A stretch of 64,000 nt of DNA, taken from sequence record SRR22947727_1359; one strand, 5' to 3'. Made by a program: the position numbers and the translations under genes. Positions 10,593 through 21,011 of the stretch are shown one piece after another. The notes under the pieces were generated by a model, which was not told where the DNA came from, did no database searches, and saw nothing but the letters and a program-made list of their open reading frames with translations. Within the stretch, counting starts at the first letter, position 1, and each line of letters starts with the position of its first letter.

Positions 10593-12007
10593 ATCCAGAA
10601 ACGCTTCTTGACCGCCGCCGCTTTCTCGCTGGAACCGCTCAGGGAATGTCCAGTATTGCGCTCGCTTCAATGCTGCAGGCGGAGAATGCTCAAAACCCAA
10701 ACGCACCCCGAGCCGCTCATTTTCCCGGCAAAGCTAAAAATGTAATCGTTGTGTTTTGTTCCGGAGCCTTGAGTCACGTCGACACGTTCGATTACAAACC
10801 GGAACTGATTCGCCGTCACGGCCAACCCCTTCCCGGAAACGAAAAGCTGGTTTCCTTTCAAGGCCCCAACGGAAATTTGACGAAGCCGCTGTGGGATTTC
10901 AAACCTCGAGGGCAGTCCGGAAAAATGACGTCCGATCTGTTGCCGCATATTGGTGAAATGGCGGACGACATTTGTTTTCTGCATTCGCTCACGAACAAAT
11001 CGAATACTCACGGTCCGGCTGAAAACGTAATGAATACGGGATTCGCGTTCGATGGGTTCCCCAGCATGGGAGCCTGGGTGAATTTTGCATTGGGTAGCAC
11101 CAATCAAAATCTACCGGCGTTTGTTGCGCTGGAAGATCCGCGCGGCATGCCTCAATCCGGTCCGAACAATTGGGCCAATGGATTTCTTCCCGCGGCGTTT
11201 CAAGGGACTCCCTTCAGCAGCACCAAGCCGATCAAACACTTGCAGCGCCCCGCTGATTTGTCATCACAAACGGATAAGGCAACTCAAAACGCGGTTCGCT
11301 TTCTCGATGAACAAAACCTGAATTCCAATTTTCCCGGAGACGAGCAACTGTCCGCCCGGATCGCAAGCTACCAACTTGCAGCTCGAATGCAGTTGACCGT
11401 TCCTGAAGTCGCCGACCTGAAATCTGAACCGGATCACATCCGTAAACTTTACGGAGCGGACAGCGCCAATAAACCAAAAGCCGCGTTTGCCGAAAATTGC
11501 ATTCTGGCGCGCCGTCTGATTGAGCGAGGCGTTCGTTTTGTTCAGCTTTTTAACGGGGCCTACGCTTCGGGCGGTCGAATCAACTGGGACGGGCATTCAA
11601 AGTTAAAAGAACAATACGATGTTCACGGCGAAATTCTGGATCAGCCCGTTGCCGGCTTGCTGAAAGATTTAAAACAACGCGGTATGTTGCAAGAAACGTT
11701 GGTGATTTTTGCTACCGAATTCGGACGGATGCCGATGTTCCAGGCCGGCACCTTTGGCCGTGATCACAACCCGAATGGCTTTACCTGCTGGCTGGCAGGA
11801 GCCGGCGTGAGACCCGGGACGAGCTACGGCGCAACGGATGAGTTCGGCTACAAAGCGCAGGAAAATGTCGTTTCGCCTCACGATTTCCATGCCACGATCA
11901 TGCATCTATTAGGATTGAATCACGAAGAACTCACCTTTTATCACAATGGCATCGAACGCCGCCTTACTGACGTTCACGGAAAAGTGATCCACGATATTTT
12001 GGCGTAA
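10589..12007 (+). CDS. DUF1501 family protein (Tat-exported, sulfatase-like)
   Basis: [54 protein letters not shown] overlap with the upstream gene. Confidence 0.92.
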   Translation: MNPETLLDRRRFLAGTAQGMSSIALASMLQAENAQNPNAPRAAHFPGKAKNVIVVFCSGALSHVDTFDYKPELIRRHGQPLPGNEKLVSFQGPNGNLTKPLWDFKPRGQSGKMTSDLLPHIGEMADDICFLHSLTNKSNTHGPAENVMNTGFAFDGFPSMGAWVNFALGSTNQNLPAFVALEDPRGMPQSGPNNWANGFLPAAFQGTPFSSTKPIKHLQRPADLSSQTDKATQNAVRFLDEQNLNSNFPGDEQLSARIASYQLAARMQLTVPEVADLKSEPDHIRKLYGADSANKPKAAFAENCILARRLIERGVRFVQLFNGAYASGGRINWDGHSKLKEQYDVHGEILDQPVAGLLKDLKQRGMLQETLVIFATEFGRMPMFQAGTFGRDHNPNGFTCWLAGAGVRPGTSYGATDEFGYKAQENVVSPHDFHATIMHLLGLNHEELTFYHNGIERRLTDVHGKVIHDILA

Positions 12008-12016
12008 CCAACGTTT

Positions 12017-12059
12017 CGAACCTACAGGGTTACTTCATCGAACGGATAGTATCGCATCG
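12017..12059. repeat. REP-like palindromic repeat (degenerate doublet)
   Basis: CGAACCTACAGGGTTACTTCATCGAAC... between convergent genes. Confidence 0.6.
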
Positions 12060-12073
12060 TGGAAAAGAGTTTT

Positions 12074-12647
12074 TCACCCGTGGCTTGGCAGTCGCCAATT
12101 CAAACGGAGGGAAAGCAACCGAAGCAGCACGACAACTGAAACTCCGGTCCATGTCGCCACGGTGTCGCCAACGGTTGTCATGTTTTTTAGGAGAACAAAA
12201 ACCCAGCTACCGAAAAACGAACACGAGGCATAGAGTGGGGAATTAGGCCGAAACAGACTGGGGATTCGGTTGCAAACCACATCCCCGATCACTCCTCCAA
12301 AAGTTCCCGTGACTACTCCGAGTAGAACCGCGACGAACCAGGGGACTCCGGCTTCAAGTGCAAATCCTGTTCCGAGAATGCTATAAAATGCCATTCCCAA
12401 GGCGTCGGGAACCGGGAGCCATCTTTCGATCCGTTGGGGAATTTTTTTGATCAAGGAAGTGACAATCGCGAGCACGAAAATAATGACCGAATAATGCATC
12501 TGGCCGATCCAAAAAATCGGATGCCGATCCAAAAGCAAATCGCGCAAGGTACCACCACCGAAGCTGACGATCAACGCGATGGAAAACACGCCGATGAAAT
12601 CCATTTGCTGCTGACGTTATCGCGAGTAATTCAAGAAGCTGAATCAT
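12074..12647 (-). pseudogene. TRIC/UPF0126 family membrane protein with N-terminal frameshifting deletion
   Basis: MDFIG..GGGTLRDLLL..DALG..GTFGGVIGD motifs. The natural start MIQLLELLAITSAA (12647) is out of frame and lacks the second half of helix 1. Confidence 0.7.
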
Positions 12648-12653
12648 GAAATT

Positions 12654-13091
12654 TTAACGGTGGTAAGGCTCTCCTTTGATAATCGTGTGGATCCGATAAA
12701 TCTGCTCCAATAGAATTACGAGCGCCATCTCATGTTGAAGGGTGAAATCGCTTAACTTCAACAAGACATCGGCTGCAGCTCTGGTCTCGTCAGTATGACC
12801 ATCCGCGCCACCAATGATGAGTGCAGCGCGTTTTACTCCGTTCATTTGCCACGTCTGCACTTGCTCAACAAACGTTGCAGTCGTCAGCCCACGTCCACGC
12901 TCATCGAGTATAATCCGAATGCAGCCTTCACTTGCAGCAAGTGCCCGCTTTCCGTTTTCTTCGGGGCCATTCTCACGCAGTTGCTGGACCTCAACCGCAG
13001 CATATCGGCGCAGTCGTTTGATGTATTCTTCCACGCCTGATTTTGCGAACGCAAGAGCCGGCTTCCCGACCACTATGAGTTTCCATTTCAC
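12654..13091 (-). CDS. rlmH: 23S rRNA (pseudouridine1915-N3)-methyltransferase
   Basis: VGK, LDERG, IIGGADG, LSDFTLQHEMALVILLEQIYR, GEPYHR. Confidence 0.95.
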   Translation of the reverse strand: MKWKLIVVGKPALAFAKSGVEEYIKRLRRYAAVEVQQLRENGPEENGKRALAASEGCIRIILDERGRGLTTATFVEQVQTWQMNGVKRAALIIGGADGHTDETRAAADVLLKLSDFTLQHEMALVILLEQIYRIHTIIKGEPYHR

Positions 13092-13116
13092 GTTACCAAT
13101 TTAGCAAGCGGGCAGG

Positions 13117-14364
13117 TTACGAACTTTCCACCACGGCGGCATCAATCCCGCGGAATTCGAAAACTTTCAGCACCGTATTTTCAATTAGATTATTCGGGCA
13201 GGACGCACCAGCGGTGACCCCGATTGTGATGGGTTTGTCACTGCTCAATATTTCAGAATAACTTGAGATCTCTTCTTTTTTATGAAGGTCAAAATGAACG
13301 ATGTCTTCGAGTGATTTCAGGCATTCGGAACTGCGAATGAAGAATGTGGGAAGCTCTTTCTCGCCAATTTCAACGAGGTGAGCAGTGTTCGAACTGTTAT
13401 ACCCGCCGACGACCAAAAGCATATCCATCGGCTTTTCCAGCATTTCGAAAAGTGCATCCTGACGTTCCTGAGTCGCGCCGCAAATGGTGTCGAACATCTG
13501 ATACCCCTCGTCATTTCCATCGCGGGTAATCACTGCATCACACATCCGTTTTTGAATCTCTTCGGTCTCGGATTTAAGCATAGTTGTTTGGTTTGCCACC
13601 CCAATTTGCGCAAGGTGAAGATCAGGATCAAATTCATCTGAATACCCGCCTTCGAACCGCTTCAGAAATTCATCTCGGTCACCACCCTTACGAATATAAT
13701 CGCAGACGTAATCGGCATCTGCCAACGTAAGGACCACCAAATAGTGTCCTTTCTTATCATCGCCAAGTGCTCGAGAAGCTGTTGCCCGAGTTTCTTCATG
13801 ACCGGCTTTTCCGTGAATGATCGACGTCACCCCTGATTTGGAATAGGTCTTCACACGACGCCACACTTTCATGACGTCACCACAAGTCGTATCCACCATC
13901 GTGCATCCCTGTGCTTCGATTTTATCGAGAAAAGCAATCGGCGCGCCAAATGCAGGCACGATCACGACATCGTCTTCGCCAAGATTGTCGTATTCCTCAG
14001 AAATCTCCTGCCAGGGAAGCGAGACGATTCCCATTTCTTCCAGCTGGCGATTCACCTCCTGATTATGAATGATTTCGCCAATGAGAAATATTCGATTCTC
14101 TGGAAATACGCGACGCGAAGCATACGCCAAATCAATCGCGCGTTCGACACCGTAGCAAAATCCGAATTGTTTGGCGAGCCGAAGCGTGGTGTTTCCAATC
14201 GTGATAGACCCCGCACGGGCCCGCAATTTTTCAACAATGCTGCTCCGATAATGATCCTCGACTTCCGCTTGAACGCGCTCCATCACTTCCGGTGTACGGA
14301 CGTTGACGCGCTTTTTCTTTTTTTTCTTCTCCGGCGGGACGGGGGCGGGACTAGTAGATGACAT
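13117..14364 (-). CDS. ispH: 4-hydroxy-3-methylbut-2-enyl diphosphate reductase
   Basis: FGFCYGVERAI, EIIHN, DTTC, HEET, NQTT, DTICGATQERQ, GGYNSSNT, TAGASCP. Confidence 0.96.
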   Translation of the reverse strand: MSSTSPAPVPPEKKKKKKRVNVRTPEVMERVQAEVEDHYRSSIVEKLRARAGSITIGNTTLRLAKQFGFCYGVERAIDLAYASRRVFPENRIFLIGEIIHNQEVNRQLEEMGIVSLPWQEISEEYDNLGEDDVVIVPAFGAPIAFLDKIEAQGCTMVDTTCGDVMKVWRRVKTYSKSGVTSIIHGKAGHEETRATASRALGDDKKGHYLVVLTLADADYVCDYIRKGGDRDEFLKRFEGGYSDEFDPDLHLAQIGVANQTTMLKSETEEIQKRMCDAVITRDGNDEGYQMFDTICGATQERQDALFEMLEKPMDMLLVVGGYNSSNTAHLVEIGEKELPTFFIRSSECLKSLEDIVHFDLHKKEEISSYSEILSSDKPITIGVTAGASCPNNLIENTVLKVFEFRGIDAAVVESS

Positions 14365-15025
14365 TGTGATTGGAAAATGGAGCGTTTGAAATGAGGACAG
14401 GGCCCGGAGAATTCGGCAATGCGTAATCGGTAGGCCGCCAGATCTTTTTACCTAGCTTGGATTTATCCTCTGGGAGTGATTGGGCAATGTGAATCGGCGT
14501 ACTCTCGTCGACGATTTGAAAAAATTCTTTCGCAATCGTTTTATGAATTCGCAAACATCCGTGAGATCGCGGACTTGGCCAGACGGCTCCGGCATGAAAT
14601 CCATATCCCGACTTAAATTCCACCCAATATGGCATTGGGTAACCGACATAACGACAATACGACGGCATCGTTGATCGTTTCCCCGGACGAATCAAATTGC
14701 CATTCACATGAAAGCCGTAGGAACCGCTTCGTTTGTGGGCAATTTTGTTGAACGCCTTAAAATCACCTGTCGGTGTGGGATTCTGTTGCGTTCCAATCGC
14801 AACGGCTGAAACGAAAATGGATTTTCCTGATTCGTCATAAACGTAAACCGCGCGATTGCTCAGGCTCACCCGAACCTGCTTCTGCCCCGTTGCGGTAATA
14901 TCGGGTCCGGAATCTCTCTTCCTCGTGGAAACACAGCCGCTCATAGTGAATGCCAATAATGCAATCACGCAGCCGCCGTACAAAACCTTTCCGAATGGAC
15001 CCATAAGTCGGGTGACAACTACCAC
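14351..15025 (-). CDS. L,D-transpeptidase (YkuD) family lipoprotein
   Basis: Lipobox MSGC, PTPTG, YPMPYW, GFHAG, SHGCLR; start may be ATG 15004. Confidence 0.88.
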   Translation of the reverse strand: MVVVTRLMGPFGKVLYGGCVIALLAFTMSGCVSTRKRDSGPDITATGQKQVRVSLSNRAVYVYDESGKSIFVSAVAIGTQQNPTPTGDFKAFNKIAHKRSGSYGFHVNGNLIRPGKRSTMPSYCRYVGYPMPYWVEFKSGYGFHAGAVWPSPRSHGCLRIHKTIAKEFFQIVDESTPIHIAQSLPEDKSKLGKKIWRPTDYALPNSPGPVLISNAPFSNHNVIY

Positions 15026-15093
15026 GAAATCACCTCGAAATCAGCCTCAAACCCGAATTTGAGAAAAAAATGAAGTTTCTCTTAAATTAAATA

Positions 15094-15121
15094 TTGACTA
15101 AACTTAAATATCAACTAATAT
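15094..15121 (+). promoter_or_regulatory. sigma70-like promoter upstream of the C39 peptidase gene
   Basis: TTGACT-N16-TAATAT in an AT-rich intergenic region. Confidence 0.5.
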
Positions 15122-15256
15122 GTGGCCACGGTTACTTTCTCGGTAACTGACTGTTTGTGTTTCGTGTTTCGAAATTGCCCGACTCCTTGGAGTCGGGCAA
15201 TTTCTTGTACTCTTTTCTCTAAAAATCGGTTACATTTCCCTCCGAAACACACTTTT

Positions 15257-15919
15257 TTGAAAAACTTCTCTTATAAATGGCTGATCCCGGCGATTAGTGG
15301 ATTGCTGAGCGTACTGTTGCTCTCCAGTTGCATTACGACAGCCAAGTCGACTTCGAACGATAACTTCGACAAGCGATACAAGGGCTTCGAGTATTGCAAA
15401 ATCGACGCGGTGAAGCAGTCCCGCCAACTTTCATGCGGCGCAGCGGCCCTCACCAGCGTCTTAAATTATTGGAAAGAAGATTCAGCTCCCCTTTATACAG
15501 AGAAAGATTTGATCGCCGCTCACAGATCACGTGGAGTCGACGGTTATCCGCTTCTCCAGCTTCGGGAAATCGCTTTGCAGCAACGTTTCGCGGCCTTCGC
15601 CGTCACGATGTCAAACGATCCGCTCAAAAAACTCACCGAGCACGTCAGCGCGGGACGCCCTGTGATTGTCGCCTGCGAATTGCCCCGGGGGAAATATTTC
15701 GGGAAAAGCCTACCGCTCATTGAAACGCTTGATCGACGGGCAATGTGGGCATCTGACAAAGAATGGAAACGCCATTATCTGGTGGTGATTGGACACAGCT
15801 ACAACGAGATTTTGGTGATGGATCCGCAATACGGAATCGTTCGCCTTCCCCGCGATCAGTTCCTCCATTTTTGGAAACAGGAAAAATACGCCGCGTTGAT
15901 CGTTTCGACGCTCGGGTGA
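15257..15919 (+). CDS. Stand-alone C39-family cysteine peptidase, predicted lipoprotein
   Basis: QSRQLSCGAAAL (oxyanion Q and catalytic C), HYLVVIG (H), VMDP (D), FLHFW; lipobox LSSC after TTG 15257. Confidence 0.85.
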   Translation: MKNFSYKWLIPAISGLLSVLLLSSCITTAKSTSNDNFDKRYKGFEYCKIDAVKQSRQLSCGAAALTSVLNYWKEDSAPLYTEKDLIAAHRSRGVDGYPLLQLREIALQQRFAAFAVTMSNDPLKKLTEHVSAGRPVIVACELPRGKYFGKSLPLIETLDRRAMWASDKEWKRHYLVVIGHSYNEILVMDPQYGIVRLPRDQFLHFWKQEKYAALIVSTLG

Positions 15920-15936
15920 AATAAATTGAGATCGAC

Positions 15937-15964
15937 TTGACAAACACTGTCAAAAACCAATAAT
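15937..15964 (+). promoter_or_regulatory. Promoter with palindromic operator TTGACA-N5-TGTCAA
   Basis: Perfect -35 TTGACA is one arm of an inverted repeat (15937-15953); AATAAT lies 16 nt after the -35. Confidence 0.5.
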
Positions 15965-15974
15965 CCCCTTCTAC

Positions 15975-16241
15975 ATGAAACAGATTTTCTCAATTTTTGC
16001 GATTGTCGCACTGGTGACACTTACTTTTGCGCCTTACACCCACGCTGGTGAAGTAAAGAAGCAGCCCCTTAAAATAGAGCAAGCTGTCGAGCTTTACAAA
16101 AAGCAGGCTCAGGATTTTGAAGAAGTGAAGCACACCGAAGCGGGTCTTCAGAACGGCTATGGATTGCTTGGTCTCGGTCTCGCTGTTCTCGCTGGATATG
16201 TGATTAAGGAGCAGCTCGACGACAGCAATGACGACGACTGA
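15975..16241 (+). CDS. Small secreted precursor peptide (signal / leader ending EAG / hydrophobic core / acidic tail)
   Basis: Signal MKQIF...THA; leader ...FEEVKHTEAG; core LQNGYGLLGLGLAVLAGYVIKEQLDDSNDDD; followed by a terminator. Confidence 0.8.
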   Translation: MKQIFSIFAIVALVTLTFAPYTHAGEVKKQPLKIEQAVELYKKQAQDFEEVKHTEAGLQNGYGLLGLGLAVLAGYVIKEQLDDSNDDD

Positions 16242-16271
16242 TTGTCAAAATCTATTTCAACTCTAATTTTC

Positions 16272-16300
16272 AAAAAGCCTTCGTTCGCGAAGGCTTTTTT
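16272..16300 (+). terminator. Intrinsic terminator
   Basis: AAAAAGCCTTCG-TTCG-CGAAGGCTTTTTT hairpin with T tract. Confidence 0.85.
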
Positions 16301-16308
16301 CGTGCCCT

Positions 16309-16333
16309 CACGATCCTACCCTATTGGATCGTG
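16309..16333. repeat. REP-like palindromic repeat (single unit)
   Basis: CACGATCCTACCCTATTGGATCGTG. Confidence 0.65.
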
Positions 16334-16371
16334 CGACTTGTTGGAAGCTGGATTCCAGCCAAGGTGATTCT

Positions 16372-18018
16372 ATGAAGCACCTTCTTGCCCTTTTCGCAGG
16401 TCTCTTTGCCGTCGCAGTTGCAGCTGACGATGACCGTCCCAATATTCTCTTCGCATTCGCTGACGATTGGGGACGGTATGCAAGTGTTTATGCAGAAACT
16501 GATGGTCCCGACACGGTCAATGATCTGATCAAGACACCCAACATCGATCGGATGGCCAAGGAAGGCGTTCTGTTCAATAATGCCTTTGTCACCGCTCCGT
16601 CCTGCACGCCCTGCCGGAGTTCACTGCTGTCCGGGCAGTATTTCTTTCGCACGGGATTGGGAGCGATTTTGCAAGGGGCCGTTTGGGATTCAAAAATCCC
16701 AAGCTGGCCGTTAATGCTGAAAGATTCCGGCTATCACATCGGAAAACTCTACAAAGTGTGGAGCCCGGGCACGCCACGAGATGCTCCATTTGGCGACCAA
16801 AAATACGCTTTCGAGCTGCCCGGAGGAACCAATTTTAACGCGTTTTCTCAAACCGCATCCGGGATGATGGGAAAAGGGAAATCCGCCGATGAAGCCAAAA
16901 CTGAACTTTTAACAAAAGTGGGCCGCGAATTTGATGGATTCTTAAAAGCTCAGCCCAAAGACGAGCCATTCTGCTTTTGGTTTGGCCCCACCAATGTCCA
17001 CCGGAAATGGATCGAGGGATCGGGCAAAGACTTGTGGGGACTGAACCCTGATGAATTGAAGGGAAAAATGCCCGCCTTTCTGCCAGACGTCCCAATCGTG
17101 AGAGAAGATTTCGCGGATTATCTTGGCGAAGCTATGGCGTTTGATGCTGCATTGGGAGTCCTTCTGAAAAAACTGGAAGCCACAGGGCAACTTGAAAACA
17201 CCCTGGTTGTAATCAGTGGAGATCATGGAGCACCGGGGTTTCCTCGTGGAAAATGCAATCTTTACGACTTTGGAACCGCTGTTCCGCTGATCGCCCGTTG
17301 GGGCGAAAATGGAGATAAAATTCCCGCCGGCCGCGTCGTCGATGATTTCGTGAATCTGATGGATCTCGCGCCAACGTTTCTCGAAGCGGGCGGGCTTGAA
17401 ATCCCTGATGTAATGACCGGGCGCAGTATCATGCCTACCTTAAAATCTGACCAGTCAGGTTTTGTCGATCAAACGCGAAAGTGGGTAGTCACTGGGCGCG
17501 AACGTCACGTTGCCTCGGCAAGAACAGGTGCATTGCCCTACCCTCAGCGAGCGCTGCGGACAGAAGAATATCTCTACATCGTAAATTTTAAGCCCGATCG
17601 CTGGCCGATGGGAATTCCCGGGCCGGTGGCCACAGGGGAAGTCCCATCAACGGATGCATTGACCAACAATACCATGATCTGCTTTGGCGATCTCGATGCC
17701 AGCCCCACAAAAGCCTGGATGATCGAGAATCGGAACGAACCGGAGTTCAAAAAACACTACGAATTGGGATTCGGAAAACGTCCTGCGCGTGAACTTTACA
17801 TTCTTGCAAACGATCCTGATCAAATGATTAATGTGGCTGAAGTCCCACAATACGCTGACTTGATTGCGAATGAGCTTCATCCGCAGCTGATGACTGAACT
17901 GAAATCAGCAAACGATCCGCGAGTGACCTCAAACGATGTTCCGTTCGAAAAACCGCCCTACACGTTGCTCTCGTCTAAAAAGAAGAAACCTAAAGGCAAC
18001 GCAAAAGCCAAAAAGTAA
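16372..18018 (+). CDS. Sulfatase (formylglycine-dependent, S1 family)
   Basis: Signal peptide, [34 protein letters not shown]. Confidence 0.93.
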   Translation: MKHLLALFAGLFAVAVAADDDRPNILFAFADDWGRYASVYAETDGPDTVNDLIKTPNIDRMAKEGVLFNNAFVTAPSCTPCRSSLLSGQYFFRTGLGAILQGAVWDSKIPSWPLMLKDSGYHIGKLYKVWSPGTPRDAPFGDQKYAFELPGGTNFNAFSQTASGMMGKGKSADEAKTELLTKVGREFDGFLKAQPKDEPFCFWFGPTNVHRKWIEGSGKDLWGLNPDELKGKMPAFLPDVPIVREDFADYLGEAMAFDAALGVLLKKLEATGQLENTLVVISGDHGAPGFPRGKCNLYDFGTAVPLIARWGENGDKIPAGRVVDDFVNLMDLAPTFLEAGGLEIPDVMTGRSIMPTLKSDQSGFVDQTRKWVVTGRERHVASARTGALPYPQRALRTEEYLYIVNFKPDRWPMGIPGPVATGEVPSTDALTNNTMICFGDLDASPTKAWMIENRNEPEFKKHYELGFGKRPARELYILANDPDQMINVAEVPQYADLIANELHPQLMTELKSANDPRVTSNDVPFEKPPYTLLSSKKKKPKGNAKAKK

Positions 18019-18022
18019 TCGT

Positions 18023-18820
18023 TCAGTCTGCTTTTTTCGGCAAGTGATCGACGCAGTATTCTTCGCCGTCGGCGGCGACGCGAAATTCAAGATGCGGATC
18101 CTCGTTTTCCGTCTTTCCGCAAATATAGCAATAGTGGAACGAGTCGCCCGGCGCCATTTTCTGCTGAAATTTTGCCCGGCGCACAGCTGTTTCTCCGCGG
18201 TTTTTTGCGCCGCTGAAAAAAATCGGGGCAAACACCAGAACGAAAGGAATCAATCCGACGATCGCCATCGGAAGAAGGGCGGGTTCCCTCATAACCATCG
18301 AAATAATGAATGCTGCGTCTGCTATTCCCAACCATTTTGCCTTGATCGGAATCACTCCAAAAAGACTGATGATTTGATTGGGAAGCGCCGCCGCAAAGGT
18401 CATGAAAAGAGCGAGAAAGAAGAACTCGGTCATGTATAGCCCTGCCCCATTGAGTTGCGGCAGAAGACAAATCGCGGAAATTCCTGCAATCATCGCAACG
18501 ACGTAAACGTTCGTCCGAAAGACTCCCCAGCAACCTTCCAGGGCGTCGCTAATGAACCAGAGAATAAACAGGCGAAATAATGCGAACAGCGGATTTCCGG
18601 GATACGACATGAAGACCCAGCTGAAAATCCGCCAGACCTGTCCTTGAAAAATTTCCGCGTGATAAAAATCAAGCTGCTTGAGCAATCCGGGGGAAATTAG
18701 AGACAGGGCCCAAACCGCGATCTGAAAAATCGCAATCCATCGGATTACCCCACTGATCGCCAGTTTGCCGAATTTCTGTTCGGCCTGATTCAGGATGCGA
18801 TTGCCAACGTCGTGGATCAT
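18023..18820 (-). CDS. Rhomboid-like membrane protein with C-terminal Zn-ribbon
   Basis: GQVWRIFSWVF, IPIKAKWLG, several TM helices, HYCYICG...EYCVDH. Confidence 0.75.
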   Translation of the reverse strand: MIHDVGNRILNQAEQKFGKLAISGVIRWIAIFQIAVWALSLISPGLLKQLDFYHAEIFQGQVWRIFSWVFMSYPGNPLFALFRLFILWFISDALEGCWGVFRTNVYVVAMIAGISAICLLPQLNGAGLYMTEFFFLALFMTFAAALPNQIISLFGVIPIKAKWLGIADAAFIISMVMREPALLPMAIVGLIPFVLVFAPIFFSGAKNRGETAVRRAKFQQKMAPGDSFHYCYICGKTENEDPHLEFRVAADGEEYCVDHLPKKAD

Positions 18821-18891
18821 GAACGCATTGTGGAGTCGAACCACGCGGATTCAACGGCTTTTCAGAGAAAAGCACGTCCAGCCTTTAGAGA

Positions 18892-20697
18892 TTACGCCTC
18901 CGGTTTAGCCTCATCTGAGTCAGAATCGTCTACTCCGATTTCATTCATCACAATATCATCCAGCCAGTATTTCTCGGGAATATCATCCGGGTTCGCAATG
19001 TAATAGGTCGAGCGAATCACGCTAATCGAGTGATCTCCAACCTTATCCAGCGAATTATTGATCTCGATATTGAGAAGCTCAGTCTTCACCTGATTTCCAT
19101 CAGCTTTCATCCGCCGCACCGCCGCTTTATTGAGCTTTTTGCTCAGCGATTTGATTTTATCAACGTCCGCCTCAGCTTGCGCCAACTGGCTCGCCGTAAA
19201 TTTGGTGAACAAATGATCCTGATAAAAATCGATCGTCGCACCAACTTTGGCTGCCAACTCCTGAATATCATCAACCATCTCTTCAGAAAATTCCCGCTTC
19301 TTCCGGTATTTGCGCTGCGTGTAAATGATGAGGCGATAAACTGTATCCGACACCTCCTCCAACTCCGAAACGATTCGCAACATCGAAGCCACCGAACCCG
19401 CATTTTGAACTCCGATTTCTTCGGAAGAACAGCGAACCAAATATTCCGTAATATCCTGAGTCAACACGTCCGCCTCATCCTCCATCTCCTTCAATCGAGA
19501 CACCTGCTTTGATAAATCCTCATCAGGCGAACCAAAAACGGAAGCAAAACCGGCGAACATTTCCTTGGTATGCCCCGCGAGTCGACGAACCGCTTCTTCA
19601 GCAGCGGAAAGGTTCAACTCACCCATGTTTAGCATGTTCTGCGAAATATATTTCAAGCGAGGTCCATGCTGTTCATTCGCGCCATCATCTTTGACCCATT
19701 TCGTCACGATTTTTGCAATGAGCGGAACAAAACCGATCAGAATACAAATATTCAGGAAATTGAAGAGCGTGTGAAAAATCGCCAGATCAAATCCAATGTC
19801 CGAATTGTGTTTCGCGGTTCGAAATGAATCTGGAAGCAGGTCGCCGAGTTTCAGGACCACCGGAGCAAAAGCGTAGAAAACTGCCAGCATCCAAAGCACC
19901 CCCAGAATGTTGAACATAAAGTGAGCACGAGCCGCTCGCCGCGCGTGTACATTCGCTCCAAGAGACGCTAACCATGCCGTAACCGTCGTTCCAATATTTT
20001 CCCCCAAAACAATCGCGGCTGATTCTTCAAAACCAATCCATCCATTTAATGCTAATGTCACTGTGATCGCCATCGCAGCCGACGAAGACTGAACGATCAG
20101 CGTCAATACAACCCCGATTGCCAAAAAGATCAGAAGTGATCCGTAACCATAGCCACTCAAGCTAGAGATCTGAGCTTGAACTGCCCTCGCCTGCTCTGCC
20201 ATCGCCTGGTCAGCCAGCATTCCTTTCACATCAGGAACAGCGTCTTTCAAAAGCCCCAAACCGAAGAAAAGCAGACCAAATCCGATCATTACTTCGCCCA
20301 ATGCCTTTGCCTTGTTTTTTCCAATAAAAAGGAATGGCAATCCAATTCCGATGATTGGCAACGCGATGTCCGCAATGGGGAACTTTCCAACAGCCGCAAT
20401 GATCCAAGCAGTCAGCGTCGTTCCAAGATTTGCCCCCATTACCACGCCAATCGATTCCACTAACGTCAGCAATCCCGCGTTCACAAAACTCACCACGATA
20501 ACCGTCGTCGCCGAAGATGATTGTAGCAAACACGTCGTGAGAAATCCCGTGCCCACGCCGGACAAGCGATTGCCCGTCATTGTCGCCATGATTTTTCGCA
20601 TCCGCTGCCCCGCAACTTTTTGAATGCCCTCACTGAGGACTTTCATGCCGAAGAGGAAAACACCGAGGCTTCCTAAAATTTCAAGAATTGTGAACAT
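18892..20697 (-). CDS. Na+/Pi cotransporter family protein with PhoU-like C-terminus
   Basis: Two QSSS motifs, GANLGTT, GENIGTT, HTLFN. Confidence 0.93.
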   Translation of the reverse strand: MFTILEILGSLGVFLFGMKVLSEGIQKVAGQRMRKIMATMTGNRLSGVGTGFLTTCLLQSSSATTVIVVSFVNAGLLTLVESIGVVMGANLGTTLTAWIIAAVGKFPIADIALPIIGIGLPFLFIGKNKAKALGEVMIGFGLLFFGLGLLKDAVPDVKGMLADQAMAEQARAVQAQISSLSGYGYGSLLIFLAIGVVLTLIVQSSSAAMAITVTLALNGWIGFEESAAIVLGENIGTTVTAWLASLGANVHARRAARAHFMFNILGVLWMLAVFYAFAPVVLKLGDLLPDSFRTAKHNSDIGFDLAIFHTLFNFLNICILIGFVPLIAKIVTKWVKDDGANEQHGPRLKYISQNMLNMGELNLSAAEEAVRRLAGHTKEMFAGFASVFGSPDEDLSKQVSRLKEMEDEADVLTQDITEYLVRCSSEEIGVQNAGSVASMLRIVSELEEVSDTVYRLIIYTQRKYRKKREFSEEMVDDIQELAAKVGATIDFYQDHLFTKFTASQLAQAEADVDKIKSLSKKLNKAAVRRMKADGNQVKTELLNIEINNSLDKVGDHSISVIRSTYYIANPDDIPEKYWLDDIVMNEIGVDDSDSDEAKPEA

Positions 20698-20964
20698 CGT
20701 GATCGATTGTGTGGCTTTGCGAAGACTTCGTGATGGTTGCACGTAATTTCCTTGGTTTTGGAGAAATACAATCAAAAATCCCGCGAAACACCAGATTTAC
20801 AATTGATGGATACTAGAAAAAATCGCTTTCTACGATCCAGTAGCTAGCCATGCGCTGGGCACATTATAGCCTTCGCAAACAAAAAGACGGAAACCACAAC
20901 GCTTTGAGGCGATTCACAACAACCTTTAAATAATTACACTACAACCAAATTGGCCTTTTTGTTA

Positions 20965-21004
20965 CTCAGGAGGGTTGATTCGTCGATCAAACCCTGTTGA
21001 TTCG
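20965..21004. repeat. REP-like palindromic repeat (doublet)
   Basis: AGGGTTGATTCGTCGATCAAACCCTGTTGATTCG. Confidence 0.7.
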
Positions 21005-21011
21005 TATAAGT

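Noticed and set aside
15257-16241. Classical bacteriocin/RiPP cluster
   Set aside because: No ABC exporter, HlyD, modifying enzyme or immunity gene, and the precursor has a Sec signal; retained as a distinct candidate system instead.
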